From Candidatus Brocadiia bacterium (GTDB lineage: Bacteria > Planctomycetota > Brocadiia > SM23-32), in NCBI GenBank assembly GCA_046538485.1, contig JBKHIT010000059.1, positions 1 through 31,962 on the forward strand: a DNA stretch of 31,962 nt. Direction: 5' to 3'. The translations under genes were made by a program, and so were the position numbers. Positions 10,261-25,367 of this stretch are shown here, in pieces. A model generated the notes under the pieces. That model made no database searches. It saw only the letters and a program-made list of their open reading frames with translations, and was not told the DNA's origin. Each line of letters starts with the position of its first letter. Within the stretch, counting starts at the first letter, position 1.

Positions 10261-10456
10261 CACCGGGAGGCAAACACGGGGGAGATGGACTCAGAGCACG
10301 ACCCCTGCAAACCGAACGGTACGACGTTCAGGCTTGAGAAACTCGGACATAACGCGCTCGATAACAGCGAAAGAGTTTTACTCCTTCCTCAACTGGCACC
10401 ATTCTGAAAGGGGTGCCCGTTCCAGGTAGAAAGCCGTCACCGACGTAGTTCCGGTG
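10261..10456 (-). ncRNA. Candidate 6S-like RNA upstream of rny (strand uncertain)
   Basis: About 196-nt segment with complementary ends (CACCGGGA / TTCCGGTG), inner stems TTGAG/CTCAA and AAACTC/GAGTTT, and an AAGCCT motif. ssrS next to rny is a known synteny. No covariance-model match could be run. Confidence 0.45.
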
Positions 10457-11090
10457 CAGCGCAAATTGGCGTAAGATTCACCGGCGTGTCGTTTAACGCT
10501 GTCGTATGAATGAAAATTTTCCCGGAAATCAAACATCAATGCGCTGAAACATTAAAGGGAATATGACGTCTTTCGCTCAATCGTTCTCGTGCATCCGGTT
10601 TTTTGGGTGTATTTCTCAACCCTCTCTCCCGTCGGGCGTGTTTTCCCGGCGAGACCAGACTGCTTATATTTCCGCTGCGCGAGCCTTCCCGCCCTTACGC
10701 AAAAAGTTCGTCTATAACCAGATTACGATCGGTGGCGAAACATCCTGCGGAAAGGCCCTACAGCAGTTTAGAAAATCGTGTTTCGCCGTTTAATCGAAGC
10801 CCGATCTTTCATCAGTTTAATTATTGTCTTATCACAACCAGATTGTCAAGTTTTTGTCGCTTGCTTTTCTCTCCCAGCTGTTCAAAACACACTGTAAGCA
10901 TTTACTCTGTAAGATGATAGGATGGCATCCGCACCGAACGGCCCCCGAAGGAAATTCTCAGAGTTGATTTTGGACAACAACGAAAAAGTGGCAGAAAAGG
11001 TGCACTTGGGAGGATCTTTGGGACGGCAGAGTGGACACGAGAAAACGGGGGAGATAGCGGGGAGCGCGAAAACACGGGGACATAGAAAAA

Positions 11091-11201
11091 CCCGGCGACG
11101 ACCTACTTTCTCGGCCCGAGGGCCGATATCATCGGCGCAAAAGGCTTAACGGCCGTGTTCGGGATGGGAACGGGTGTTACCCTTTTGCTGTAATCACCGG
11201 G
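11091..11201 (-). rRNA. rrf: 5S rRNA (short, about 111 nt)
   Basis: Minus strand contains ACACCCGTTCCCATCCCGAACACGG and AGTAGGTCGTCGCCGGG; the ends are complementary. Confidence 0.95.
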
Positions 11202-11302
11202 AAATTCAGCAGGAGACGTATTTCTCGTCTCCCAATATTTAGATATTGTGAATAGGATCGATCAGAGATCAGCAGACGCGGTCGCTTCGTGAAGAATTAG
11301 AG

Positions 11303-14236
<2,934 letters not shown>

Positions 14237-14295
14237 CTCGAAAGTTCTTCTCTCGGCGACCGCGTCAGCTGATATCTGACGCGATCCTATTCACT

Positions 14296-14307
14296 TGTCA
14301 AAGAGCA
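14296..14307 (-). promoter_or_regulatory. Spacer boxA antitermination site
   Basis: TGCTCTTTGACA on the minus strand between tRNA-Ala and 23S. Confidence 0.75.
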
Positions 14308-14409
14308 TTACAACTCAACAATGAATCCCAGCAGACCCGGCCAAAAACAGAACTCTCTTTGGCATCGGCCCTGTCTCGAGATCCAAATTTCAAAGTTCAC
14401 CCGTTTTTA

Positions 14410-14485
14410 TGGTGGAGATGACCGGAATCGAACCGGCAACCTCTGGCTTGCAAAGCCAGCGCTCTCCCTGTTGAGCTACATCCCC
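14410..14485 (-). tRNA. tRNA-Ala(TGC)
   Basis: GGGGATGTAGCTCA...CTGGC-TTTGCAA-GCCAG...GGTTCGATTCC...CTCCACCA. Confidence 0.97.
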
Positions 14486-14533
14486 AAATCTCCGTGGCGA
14501 CGGACACGTTTCGTCCGACCGCTTAACGGGCTC

Positions 14534-14610
14534 TGGTGGGCCTAAGTGGACTCGAACCACTGACCTCGCCCTTATCAGGGGCGCGCTCTGGCCGGCTGAG
14601 CTATAGGCCC
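14534..14610 (-). tRNA. tRNA-Ile(GAT)
   Basis: GGGCCTATAGCTCAG...CGCCC-CTGATAA-GGGCG...GGTTCGAGTCC...GGCCCACCA. Confidence 0.97.
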
Positions 14611-14749
14611 GCTTTTATAAAAAGAAAGGAGACGGAACTGAGATCCCCGCAACCGCTTCAACAAACTTCTCAAACCACCGCACCGGGTGTACCTCTGACC
14701 GCGGCCCGGACCCAGAAACGGGTCCTTTCAAGTGGGGCCAACGGCTCTT

Positions 14750-16362
<1,613 letters not shown>

Positions 16363-16496
16363 TAAACATGATTGCTACCTGCGCTCATAAGCAAACGCAG
16401 GAGCATTGGCACGCTGGTTCTAAACACACTCTAAGGTGTGTCTCAAAGCCGTTAAAAAACGGTTTGACGGGTACATCTCGCGTTCCGTCTCCTGAT

Positions 16497-16507
16497 TGTC
16501 AAAGAAC
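16497..16507 (-). promoter_or_regulatory. Leader boxA
   Basis: GTTCTTTGACA on the minus strand in the rrn leader. Confidence 0.65.
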
Positions 16508-16534
16508 TTTTTTGCCGTGAATCGGCAACCATCA

Positions 16535-16562
16535 ATTCTAACACATTTCACTGATTCGTCAA
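16535..16562 (-). promoter_or_regulatory. rrn P2-like promoter
   Basis: TTGACG-16 nt-TAGAAT, with TG of an extended -10. Confidence 0.7.
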
Positions 16563-16724
16563 ATGAAACGTAAAAATCTCGCATCTTTTGATGAGAAAAA
16601 AGCGGGATAAACAACTGACAAATTCATCTCGCTCTCTCAAAGAGAATGTCAAAAAGGTGGGTCGACTCCGCGTTTTGCTACCCCCGCGGCTCATCGGGAT
16701 ACTCCAACTTTTCGACCAAACACC

Positions 16725-16753
16725 ATTATAATTGGTCTCGTTTGTCCTGTCAA
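16725..16753 (-). promoter_or_regulatory. rrn P1-like promoter
   Basis: Perfect TTGACA-17 nt-TATAAT on the minus strand. Confidence 0.85.
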
Positions 16754-16783
16754 ACCAGCATGGCAACTCTGCCCAACGCCCTC

Positions 16784-17623
16784 TCAATACTCAAGAAAAA
16801 TGTCATCCAAAAACACCTTCGTGGGCCCCTCGTAATACACCAGCACATACATTTCCTTCAAACGCGAAAGCCCCCGCAGACTGCTATTATGCTCCCAGTC
16901 CGGAGATGTCTTGAAATCTTTTGATAACAGCGAAAAACCAACCGCGGCCCCGCTCACCGACGCCACCTCTTTCTGCACGGACTCGAAATACGCCTCCGTC
17001 TCGAATCCGAGCGCGACTTTCACCGCCTCTTTGTTATCCACGCTCAACTTCAACGTAACCGCCTCAAAATCCGACACATCCACTCCCGTCCCGAACTCGA
17101 GCCGCGCTCCCGCTTTTTCATGGTCCCCTTCCCCGCAAACCAAAAGCAAAACTCGTCCTTCACCGCGTTCGACAAGACTGATCTCGCAGTCATTGGCATT
17201 TTCCCACGCCACTGGCCTCCAGAAAAGCGTATGTTCAAAATCATCGATGAGCACTTTATCGCCAGGTTCCTCAAGATTCCCCAGAGGGGGCCCTTGCTCC
17301 CTGTGCCGACCGACCTCCGACCGGCTCTCAACCTGCCCCCCCTTCCCCTCCCGACTCGTCCGGACCTCTGGAATGGAACGAAGTGCCATCTCTTCTCGTT
17401 TCTCCTTAACACCGACAGATATTTTCCCTTCGTCCGCAAGCCGACCGGCTGAATCCTGCTCAGCAGCATCGGCCCCCTTTTCCCCCACCTCTTCCTCCTC
17501 TTCCCTTTGACTTTTCGAACTCTCATTCTTGCCAATCATTTCACACCCCCAACACACAGCAAGAATTGCTGCGGCAACTATCAGCCCGCTTAAAACAAAA
17601 ACCGTTCTTTTCCGACCATCCAT
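16784..17623 (-). CDS. Exported/lipoprotein-like hypothetical protein with C-terminal CBM-like domain (paralogous to the 675..2336 C-terminus)
   Basis: Signal-like N-terminus ending AVCWGC, acidic linker, domain starting IDDFE and ending FLDDIFL. ATG 17623 follows AGGAG. Confidence 0.78.
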   Translation of the reverse strand: MDGRKRTVFVLSGLIVAAAILAVCWGCEMIGKNESSKSQREEEEEVGEKGADAAEQDSAGRLADEGKISVGVKEKREEMALRSIPEVRTSREGKGGQVESRSEVGRHREQGPPLGNLEEPGDKVLIDDFEHTLFWRPVAWENANDCEISLVERGEGRVLLLVCGEGDHEKAGARLEFGTGVDVSDFEAVTLKLSVDNKEAVKVALGFETEAYFESVQKEVASVSGAAVGFSLLSKDFKTSPDWEHNSSLRGLSRLKEMYVLVYYEGPTKVFLDDIFLEY

Positions 17624-17655
17624 CTTCAACTCCTGTTGTTTTCCACTTTCGCTCT

Positions 17656-18255
17656 CTATTGCTTCAGGCAGGTGTGCAGCTTTTCTACCGACAGGGAACC
17701 TTCACGTAAGATCTCCATCTCGCCCTTACAGACACGAACCACGGTGGAGGAAACGCCGATGCGAGCAGGACCGCCGTCAACAACCGCTACGATTTTCCCG
17801 TCGAAAATCTCAAGGGCTTCCCTCGCATCTTTAGCCGGAGGATCGCCGCTCACATTCGCACTCGGTGTCATGATGGGCACGCCCGCGTGCCGAAGGATCC
17901 GCCGGGTCGGCCGGCAATCCGGACAACGCAGTCCCGTCCACCCGCCGGCGTCAGTCCATACCACAATTGTGAGAGGCCCAGGCCAGAAAGAACGAGAGAT
18001 CTGCTCTACTTCTGGTTCGAATGGTCCAGCAAACTTCTCCGCTCGCACTGGATCGGCAATAAGCAGAGTCGATTTTTTAGCGGCGTTCCGGCGTTTCACC
18101 TCATATAGTCGCCGCACCGCGCTTTCGGAATCCGCCCGGGCTCCGATACCATACACAGTCTCGGTCGGGAATACCACGAGGCGACCCTCCCGCAGAAACT
18201 CGCCTGCAATCTGAAGATCTTTCTCTTTGTCGGCATCAAGCAGTAAAGTTTCCAT
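17656..18255 (-). CDS. tsaC: L-threonylcarbamoyladenylate synthase (TsaC/YrdC, no Sua5 C-terminal domain)
   Basis: VVFPTETVYGIG, FWPGPLT, PSANVSG, SSTVV. Confidence 0.93.
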   Translation of the reverse strand: METLLLDADKEKDLQIAGEFLREGRLVVFPTETVYGIGARADSESAVRRLYEVKRRNAAKKSTLLIADPVRAEKFAGPFEPEVEQISRSFWPGPLTIVVWTDAGGWTGLRCPDCRPTRRILRHAGVPIMTPSANVSGDPPAKDAREALEIFDGKIVAVVDGGPARIGVSSTVVRVCKGEMEILREGSLSVEKLHTCLKQ

Positions 18256-18337
18256 CGCTCAATCTTCCCGGCAGAATCTCAAATACAGTTAACATGCAGG
18301 ATGCAGAGATGAGGGGGCTTCCCCATCCGCATTCCGT

Positions 18338-19735
18338 TCATCGTACATCGTCAGCAGAGACGTCGCATTGTCTCATAAGACGGTGGAAACTTTCTCGCTC
18401 GATACCCGCGAATTCCGCGGCGCGCGTTACATTGCCATCGAACTTTTGCAAAACCGCCTTCACATACCGACGCCGGGCCTCCGTTTTCATCGCTTCCATG
18501 GCATCTTTGTAGGGCAAATCTTCGGGCACGGAGTCAGCCAGATCTTTCCGCAAACCGCTCTCCAACTGGAACATCTCGGCTGTAATCCGCCCGTCGTCGC
18601 ACAGCACAATGGCTCTTTCGATGCAATTGCGCAGTTCTCGGACATTACCTGGCCATTTGTATTCCGTCAACTTTTGCATCGCGTCCGGCTCGATACTATA
18701 GTGTTCGTTTTCTTCCGAGACAAGCTCCTGGAGAAAGTGCCGGACCAGCAATGGCACATCGCCGGTCCGATTCCGAAGCGGCGGCAGGTGAATCGGAAAA
18801 ACGTTGAGGCGGAAATACAAATCTTTGCGGAATCTGTTTTCCTGAATAGCCTCCTCCAGATCACGGTTTGATGCGGCAATAATTCGCGGATCGACCGGTC
18901 GGTCCTGCGTATCACCCACTCGCCTTATTTCCCGTTCCTGGATAGCACGGTTAATTTTTCCCTGCATATTGTGGGGAAGCTCCGTTATTTCATCGAGGAG
19001 CAAAGTCCCTTTGTCGGCCTGCTCAAAAAGACCCGGTTTGTCCTCCGAAGCACCACTGAAAGCCCCTTTCACGTGCCCGAAAAGCTCGCTTTCAATCAGT
19101 TCCTGGGGGATCGCAGCACAGTTGATTGCAACAAACCGCCCTTCGCTACGGGTACTCGCATAATGGATCGCCCGGGCGAATAACTCTTTACCGGTGCCGC
19201 TCTCTCCGGTGAGCATCACAGTTGCGTCGGAACTGGCCGCTTTACACGCAAGTTCTCGGGCTTTTTCGATCGGTTCGCTTTCACCGACAATTCTACCCAG
19301 TCCAAATCGGCTCTCCACCTCTTTTTCGAGAGCCGCAGTCCGTTGTCGCAACCTCTTTCTTTCGATCGCTTTTTCAATCGTCAAAACCATCTCGTCGGGC
19401 TCAAAAGGTTTCGCCAAATAATCGTATGCGCCGGCTTTGAGCGATTCAACGGCCTGCTCGACTTCCCCGTAGGCGGTCATCAAGATCACTTCCGTTTCCG
19501 GATTTTCTTCCTTGACAGACCGCAGCACATCCATCCCATCTTTCCCGTGCATGCGAATGTCGCTCACCACGACATCGGGTGGACTTTCGCGGAACTCAGC
19601 AAGCCCCTCTTCACCCGTCGGTTTCGTCCGCACATCAAAATGATCGCCCAGAAGATCTTCCATCATTTTCAACATATTCTTGCGATCATCGATGACCAGA
19701 ATCTGGCCTCTTGATTTCTCTTTTTTTTCAGGCAT
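18338..19735 (-). CDS. NtrC-family sigma54-dependent response regulator (REC-AAA+-Fis HTH)
   Basis: VIDD, SDIRM, GESGTGKE, ESELFGHVKGAFSGA, WPGNVREL, GNVTRAA. Confidence 0.95.
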   Translation of the reverse strand: MPEKKEKSRGQILVIDDRKNMLKMMEDLLGDHFDVRTKPTGEEGLAEFRESPPDVVVSDIRMHGKDGMDVLRSVKEENPETEVILMTAYGEVEQAVESLKAGAYDYLAKPFEPDEMVLTIEKAIERKRLRQRTAALEKEVESRFGLGRIVGESEPIEKARELACKAASSDATVMLTGESGTGKELFARAIHYASTRSEGRFVAINCAAIPQELIESELFGHVKGAFSGASEDKPGLFEQADKGTLLLDEITELPHNMQGKINRAIQEREIRRVGDTQDRPVDPRIIAASNRDLEEAIQENRFRKDLYFRLNVFPIHLPPLRNRTGDVPLLVRHFLQELVSEENEHYSIEPDAMQKLTEYKWPGNVRELRNCIERAIVLCDDGRITAEMFQLESGLRKDLADSVPEDLPYKDAMEAMKTEARRRYVKAVLQKFDGNVTRAAEFAGIERESFHRLMRQCDVSADDVR

Positions 19736-19940
19736 AGGTCTCGACCTGTATAATACCCAATGCGGTTAATCGCGCGCCCTTAATCGGGTTGTGATCGAGT
19801 ATTAGAGGACGCTTGAGAAGTCGAGCCAGTAAATCCGACAAATGACTCCGGCCTTGCATCGTAATTCTCCGACTACGTATAATTCGAGTCCATACCGATT
19901 GTACGGGATTTTCAACCAAATTAACAGGAGACTGTATCAT

Positions 19941-20390
19941 ATGCGTGTGGTCCTTCAGCGGGTAAGCGAAGCATCTGTGGAATTCGGCGATGAAGAAGTA
20001 GGCAAGATTGGCATGGGACTGGTCGTTCTCCTCGGAGTCGGCGAAAACGATACGCAAGAAGATGTCGATTATCTGGCGGGAAAAATTCCTCATTTGCGTG
20101 TTTTTGAAGATGACGCCGGCAAAATGAATTTGTCTCTGGAGGACATCGGAGGAGCTGTTCTTTTGGTCCCTCAATTCACACTTTACGGGGACTGCCGGAA
20201 AGGACGCCGCCCGTCTTTCACCTCGGCAGCCAGTCCGGATAAAGCCGAGAAACTGTATTTGAAACTGGCCGATCAGTTACGTTCGAATGGTATTCCTGTG
20301 GCGACAGGAAAATTCCGAGCGTTTATGCAAGTTTCACTTGTGAACGAAGGTCCCGTCACTATTCTGCTTGAAAGTAAAGGCACCTTTTGA
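19941..20390 (+). CDS. dtd: D-aminoacyl-tRNA deacylase
   Basis: [32 protein letters not shown] upstream. Confidence 0.96.
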   Translation: MRVVLQRVSEASVEFGDEEVGKIGMGLVVLLGVGENDTQEDVDYLAGKIPHLRVFEDDAGKMNLSLEDIGGAVLLVPQFTLYGDCRKGRRPSFTSAASPDKAEKLYLKLADQLRSNGIPVATGKFRAFMQVSLVNEGPVTILLESKGTF

Positions 20391-20588
20391 TTTATCGGGT
20401 ATACAAGACTGGCCCCCCCTCTCGTTGTTGCACCGGTTTGACCCGCGGCGGAAGAATAATACCACTTTGAAGAATTGCCAATTTAGCGCCGGGACTGTAT
20501 GATTAAAGTGCACAGTGAAATCTAATATCGAGAAATTGAGCGGGGACCGAAATCGGGTTTTCACACCACCGGCCGGGGCGGTACCTGC

Positions 20589-21176
20589 TCAAATTAGATT
20601 TTTTTCCGCTTTCCTGCGATCTGTAGATTCTTTTTCTATTGCCTCGCGATTTTCCCTCGCCCGCACAATCTGATTCCGTCCGTGGCATTTGCCATAATAA
20701 AGGGCCTCATCGGCCACTGAGACTAAATCTTCGGCATTGCCGGCATCCCCGGAACAATCTGAGATTCCTATGATGATTGAAATGCGCCCCTCAGCATTGT
20801 AAAGCTGGAGGAGAAGGGCGTCTGCTTCAAAAACCTCGTCAAGTGCTTCCATGGCCCGGTTCAATACCGCGTCAAGGTCCCGCGTCTTGCCAAAAACCTC
20901 AATAAGATCGTTAATGCGGGACATAATTTGGGCATACTTCGATTCCGATTCCAACATATTGTTCAACCTGTCAGGATTCCGCTGCAGATAAGCCGCTAAC
21001 TTTCTGTCTTCCCGATAATTATGCAGCGCCCCCAAAGCCAGCACCGCAGCCGCACAAAGAAGCACATACATAGACCACGGATGCAGCCACCCGGTAAAGG
21101 AAGAAATCAGCGACGTTACGACCATAGCCGTAGCGACCACCAAAAGACCGGTAATAGCAAGCGGCTGGATCTTCAC
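20589..21176 (-). pseudogene. Membrane diguanylate-cyclase-derived gene with in-frame internal deletion (no GGDEF motif)
   Basis: Two TM helices and the start of a GAF-like domain are joined directly to a GGDEF C-terminal tail (ISIIIGIS...ADEALYYGKCHGRNQ). Confidence 0.65.
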
Positions 21177-21515
21177 CGAAAATTATGCTCCTTCTTTCCC
21201 CAATGACTGTCATTAAGCCTTATTGCGTGAACTTTAAAACTAAAGCCGCTCGTGATCAAACTCTTCTCCTTCCCGGGTGAACGACCGGGATATGCGAGTC
21301 ATATCCCTCTGTCAAGAAGCGAGAAAGCCAGGCCAGCATCTTATAAGGTTTCAATCGCGAAATGTCAAAATGTTAATTTTACCAAGCGCTGACCGTTTAC
21401 AATTCAAAACCCGAAGACCCTCCGGGGCCGTGGAATATTAACTTCAACATTTGAACAGCATTACCGAAAAGAGTAACCTTAATAGACAGTTGAGGTTTTA
21501 GCGGAGGTCTTTTCC

Positions 21516-22694
21516 TTGAGTGATATCGTACGGATAATTCACGGTGCGGACTTTCATCTTGATGCAAAGCCTCCATCGTGGCTTAACGCTTCGGATGCGT
21601 TGCAGAGAGCCGAAGAGCGATTCGAAACCTTCACGCGAGTGATGGACATGACGCGCGAGAACGAGGCGGAACTCGTTCTTATCCCCGGCGATTTGTTTGA
21701 AACCGAACATGTCAGACGGGGGACGATTCTTCGCATCATCGAAAAATTTGAAGAACTGGACCCCATCCACGTCTTGATAGCACCCGGGAACCACGACCCA
21801 TGGGGGGCTGAAAGTCCATACGAAGTTTTTCGCTGGCCAGAAAACGTTCATATCTTTCCCGGCGGCTGGTCGCAATGGCGCTTCCCGAAACGACGTTGTA
21901 TGGTGAGCGGATTTGGTTGGGACCGGGGAGAAATAAGCGCTCCCCTCCTCCAGCAGTGCCCGAACGTCGAGGAAGAGATGACTCACATCATCCTTATTCA
22001 CGGCGATTTACTTCCCGTTCAGGGTAAAAACCGTTATCTGCCTATCACAAAAAAGGACCTTGAATCGTGCGCGGCCGATTATATCGCGATTGGCCATATC
22101 CACCGCGCTGAACCGGAACAGGAAGGCAAACTTGAGCAACCGTGGATGAATCCCGGAGCGGTAGAGCCTCTTGACTTTGGGGACGCAGAAAAACTCCGTG
22201 GGATAGTAATCGGAAATGCCGGTGAAGATGTCTCTCAGCTGGCCCTTGAAACCCTCGAACCGAACCGCGAATTTCGAATTCGCACGGTCGATATATCGGG
22301 TAGCCGGCATACCGGCGATACCGCTGAAAAGATCTACGAATCGGTCCCACCGGAACAGCGTGAAAGAGATTTTTTCCGAATAAAATTGGTGGGGCAGCTG
22401 GACCCTGATATGGATTTTGCTGCGGACGAAATTGAAGCGCTCCTTGAAGATCGGTTCTATTGCTTGCATCTTATCGACGAAACACGTCCAAAATACGATA
22501 TTGAAGCTCTGGGCAAAGAAAACGGATTCCGCGGGGAATTCGTTCGCGAGATGCAGAACCGCATTTCAGCCACTGACGATGAATCAGAAAAGAAAAAGAT
22601 CGAAAAAGCCGTCGAACTTGGCTTGGCTGCCATGGACGGACGCGATGTAAACCGCAAAATCAGAGGCATTATTAGCTCCTTGAGGCCCCAGTAA
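21516..22694 (+). CDS. SbcD/Mre11-like DNA repair metallophosphoesterase (YhaO-like)
   Basis: ADFHLD, GDLFE, PGNHD, IHG, YIAIGHIH, PG..EPLDF. Confidence 0.9.
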   Translation: MSDIVRIIHGADFHLDAKPPSWLNASDALQRAEERFETFTRVMDMTRENEAELVLIPGDLFETEHVRRGTILRIIEKFEELDPIHVLIAPGNHDPWGAESPYEVFRWPENVHIFPGGWSQWRFPKRRCMVSGFGWDRGEISAPLLQQCPNVEEEMTHIILIHGDLLPVQGKNRYLPITKKDLESCAADYIAIGHIHRAEPEQEGKLEQPWMNPGAVEPLDFGDAEKLRGIVIGNAGEDVSQLALETLEPNREFRIRTVDISGSRHTGDTAEKIYESVPPEQRERDFFRIKLVGQLDPDMDFAADEIEALLEDRFYCLHLIDETRPKYDIEALGKENGFRGEFVREMQNRISATDDESEKKKIEKAVELGLAAMDGRDVNRKIRGIISSLRPQ

Positions 22695-22706
22695 GGTTTC
22701 ATATAA

Positions 22707-25364
22707 ATGAGGATAGTCCGAGCCGAGTGTGATCACTTCATGAAGTTTGAAGGGAAGTGTATCGATTTTGGCCCTGGACTCTGCGTGGTATCGGGACCCA
22801 ACGAAGCGGGAAAAAGTTCGCTGCAAAGATTTGTGCAGGTCATGCTCTACGGATGCCCTGAAGGAAACCCCGAACTGCGTCAGGCCGTTATCCCCTGGTC
22901 CGGAAACGAAGCCGTCGGCAAGCTTATTATAAGCGTCGACGTGCCGTTTCAGCGAAAACTCCGAGTGGAAAGAACGATCCGGGAAGACCGGCCCAGCCAC
23001 CCCACGATCTACGACCATGAAACTAATGAAGATCTCTCTGCCGAACTTGAGGCTGCCGGCAATTTCCCGGAATCCATCTTTGGCCTGACAGAAAATGCTT
23101 TTCGGCGGACGGTCTGGGTGGAGCAGGCTTCCTTGAGTGAAAACGTTTCCCCTGATAAACCAACTGTCGAGCGAATCCGAAATTTGGCTGCCGGCGGGCC
23201 GGAAAATATCTCCCCCCAGGGAACCATTCGTTCCATCGAAGAAGCACTTGAATCACTTGGGACCGACCGATCGACAAAACGCCCTCTTGACGAGCTTGAA
23301 AATCGACTCCAAAGGAAACGTCAAGAGCTGGAAGACGCGCTGGAGAAACATCGTGCGTTGATGCATAAAGAAAAAGAACTCAGAAAAGCTAAGAACGAAA
23401 GTAAAAAGCTCAGCGCCAAAAAAGATAATGCCTCTTCGCGTCTCTTTGCCGTTCGCTATATCGAGCTCCGTGGGAAAGTAGAGAAGATCCAGGAACAAAA
23501 GAAAGTCGTCGAAAACCTTGGCAAAAAATGCCAGGACCTGAGCGACTACGAAGATTTCCCTGCTGAAAGGGAAACAGATATAAAACGCCTTACAGCTCAA
23601 CTTCAGGCAAGAGCCGAAGAGGTTTCAGAACATGTTGGACGCATGCACCGCTGTCTCAAACGCCTGGCTGCTCTTCGAAAAATCGCCGCACACCGGGCTG
23701 TAGAACTCGGGAATAAACTCAACAAATGCAAACTGGCCCCGGAAAACATCAGAAGTGTTGCCCGAGAAGCAATGAACAAACATGAAAGACTCCAATCGGC
23801 AGAAAAACACGTGAAAGATCTCGAGGGTGCGGAGCACCGCGAACGGCTCCTGAAAGCCCGAAGGTCACTTATGCGGAAATTTTTAATTGCGGGCGGAGTT
23901 CTGGAATTTGGCGCGCTCCTTCTTGGTACAAAACATTGGTTTGGCTTTTTCCTCGCAGTGCTTATCCCCATCATTGTCTACGTACTGTTCCGAACAAGCT
24001 CCTCTTCGTACTCCGAGGAACTTGGGGCGCTCGAAGAAGAGCTCCAAGAAGCAAAAAAACAAGCTCAGAAACGGCGACGCCTATATCAGGAATGTATCCA
24101 TGAAGCGGGGGCCTCAAAACTCCAGGAATTACGGCAATGGGCAGATATCGGCCAACGCTTCTGCAAAACCAGAGACGCCGAACAACAAGCCAATGACTAC
24201 CTTGAAAAAAGACTCAAAGAATTTCAGGGAAAGGCCCTATCTCTCTCTCAACAAACCGATGGACTGGCGCAACGTATGGAATCCTGGTCAGAAACAGGCG
24301 ACCTCCTTCAGCAGGCAGCATCGCTCGAAGACGTCGGCGGCGAAGCCACACCGGGGACAACTTCAGATGATCTGGCAGCTGGTGTCGAAGAAGCGAACCG
24401 TCGAACTGTAACCGCGCTGCAAGAGCTGAGCGAACTGGGTAAAAAGGTCCGATCCGTCCAGGAAGAACGAGCAAATGTGCTCCAGGAAATCGGCGTGGAA
24501 AGCATTCCCGGATTCAAAAGAGCTCTGAACAGCTACGAAACGCTTCAGAATTTAAAAAGAGAAAAGGCACAGGCACAAAAACGCCTTGAACAACTCACCG
24601 AAGAAGGAAACGAAGACGAAATAAATGAGCGCATTGATAAACTTTGCAGCGAGTTTGAAAAGCGCTTCGAAAGAGATCTGGACCTGTACATGCTGGAACA
24701 CTCTCTGGATTCAGAAGCCCTCCCCGAACGGGACGAATTGCAAAAACAAATAGACGAACTCAACGAACAAGAAAAAGATGCTGAAAAACAACAGGTTCTT
24801 ATAAAACGCGACCTGAACCAGCTCCAGCAAGAGTGCGCTGATGTGCGAGAGCTGCAGTCCGAACTCGAAGCACTTGAACGAAAAAAAGCTGCCATGGAAG
24901 AACACCGCTCTCTGCTTCGAAAAACACTCAATGGTCTGAACAAAGCCGAAGAAGAAATGCAAAGGACATTTCTGCCGCGTCTCAATGAGGAATTCAACGA
25001 AATAGCTGAGAAAATCACAGCGAGTAACTTGCGACGATTCAACATGGATGATCTCGCAAACATCCAGGTCACAGAAACTCAAACTCGCCCGTTGTCCAAT
25101 CTCAGTTTCGGCACTACGGAACAAATTTACTTATCTCTCAGACTCGCCCTCGCACGGGTTGCAACGGTCACCGGCGAAACTTTGCCTCTCCTGCTTGATG
25201 AACCATTTGCTTCGGCCGATGCCGACCGACTTGAAAACGCAATGCAAATGCTCGCTGATTGGAGTCAAGACTACCAGGTCATTGTCTTCACCTGCCACGA
25301 ACATATCGTCCGAGCAGCACAAAATGCAGCCAAGCAAACTGTCGATCTGATCCGACTCCAGTAA
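22707..25364 (+). CDS. SbcC/Rad50-like ATPase (YhaN-like) with central hydrophobic hairpin
   Basis: Walker A GPNEAGKSS, long coiled coils, LSFGT signature, LLLDEPF Walker B, FTCH. Confidence 0.9.
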   Translation: MRIVRAECDHFMKFEGKCIDFGPGLCVVSGPNEAGKSSLQRFVQVMLYGCPEGNPELRQAVIPWSGNEAVGKLIISVDVPFQRKLRVERTIREDRPSHPTIYDHETNEDLSAELEAAGNFPESIFGLTENAFRRTVWVEQASLSENVSPDKPTVERIRNLAAGGPENISPQGTIRSIEEALESLGTDRSTKRPLDELENRLQRKRQELEDALEKHRALMHKEKELRKAKNESKKLSAKKDNASSRLFAVRYIELRGKVEKIQEQKKVVENLGKKCQDLSDYEDFPAERETDIKRLTAQLQARAEEVSEHVGRMHRCLKRLAALRKIAAHRAVELGNKLNKCKLAPENIRSVAREAMNKHERLQSAEKHVKDLEGAEHRERLLKARRSLMRKFLIAGGVLEFGALLLGTKHWFGFFLAVLIPIIVYVLFRTSSSSYSEELGALEEELQEAKKQAQKRRRLYQECIHEAGASKLQELRQWADIGQRFCKTRDAEQQANDYLEKRLKEFQGKALSLSQQTDGLAQRMESWSETGDLLQQAASLEDVGGEATPGTTSDDLAAGVEEANRRTVTALQELSELGKKVRSVQEERANVLQEIGVESIPGFKRALNSYETLQNLKREKAQAQKRLEQLTEEGNEDEINERIDKLCSEFEKRFERDLDLYMLEHSLDSEALPERDELQKQIDELNEQEKDAEKQQVLIKRDLNQLQQECADVRELQSELEALERKKAAMEEHRSLLRKTLNGLNKAEEEMQRTFLPRLNEEFNEIAEKITASNLRRFNMDDLANIQVTETQTRPLSNLSFGTTEQIYLSLRLALARVATVTGETLPLLLDEPFASADADRLENAMQMLADWSQDYQVIVFTCHEHIVRAAQNAAKQTVDLIRLQ

Positions 25365-25367
25365 ATC

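Noticed and set aside
21516..25364. Nuclease plus SMC-like ATPase as a novel defence system
   Set aside because: The motifs fit the known SbcD/SbcC (YhaO/YhaN) repair pair in a housekeeping context.
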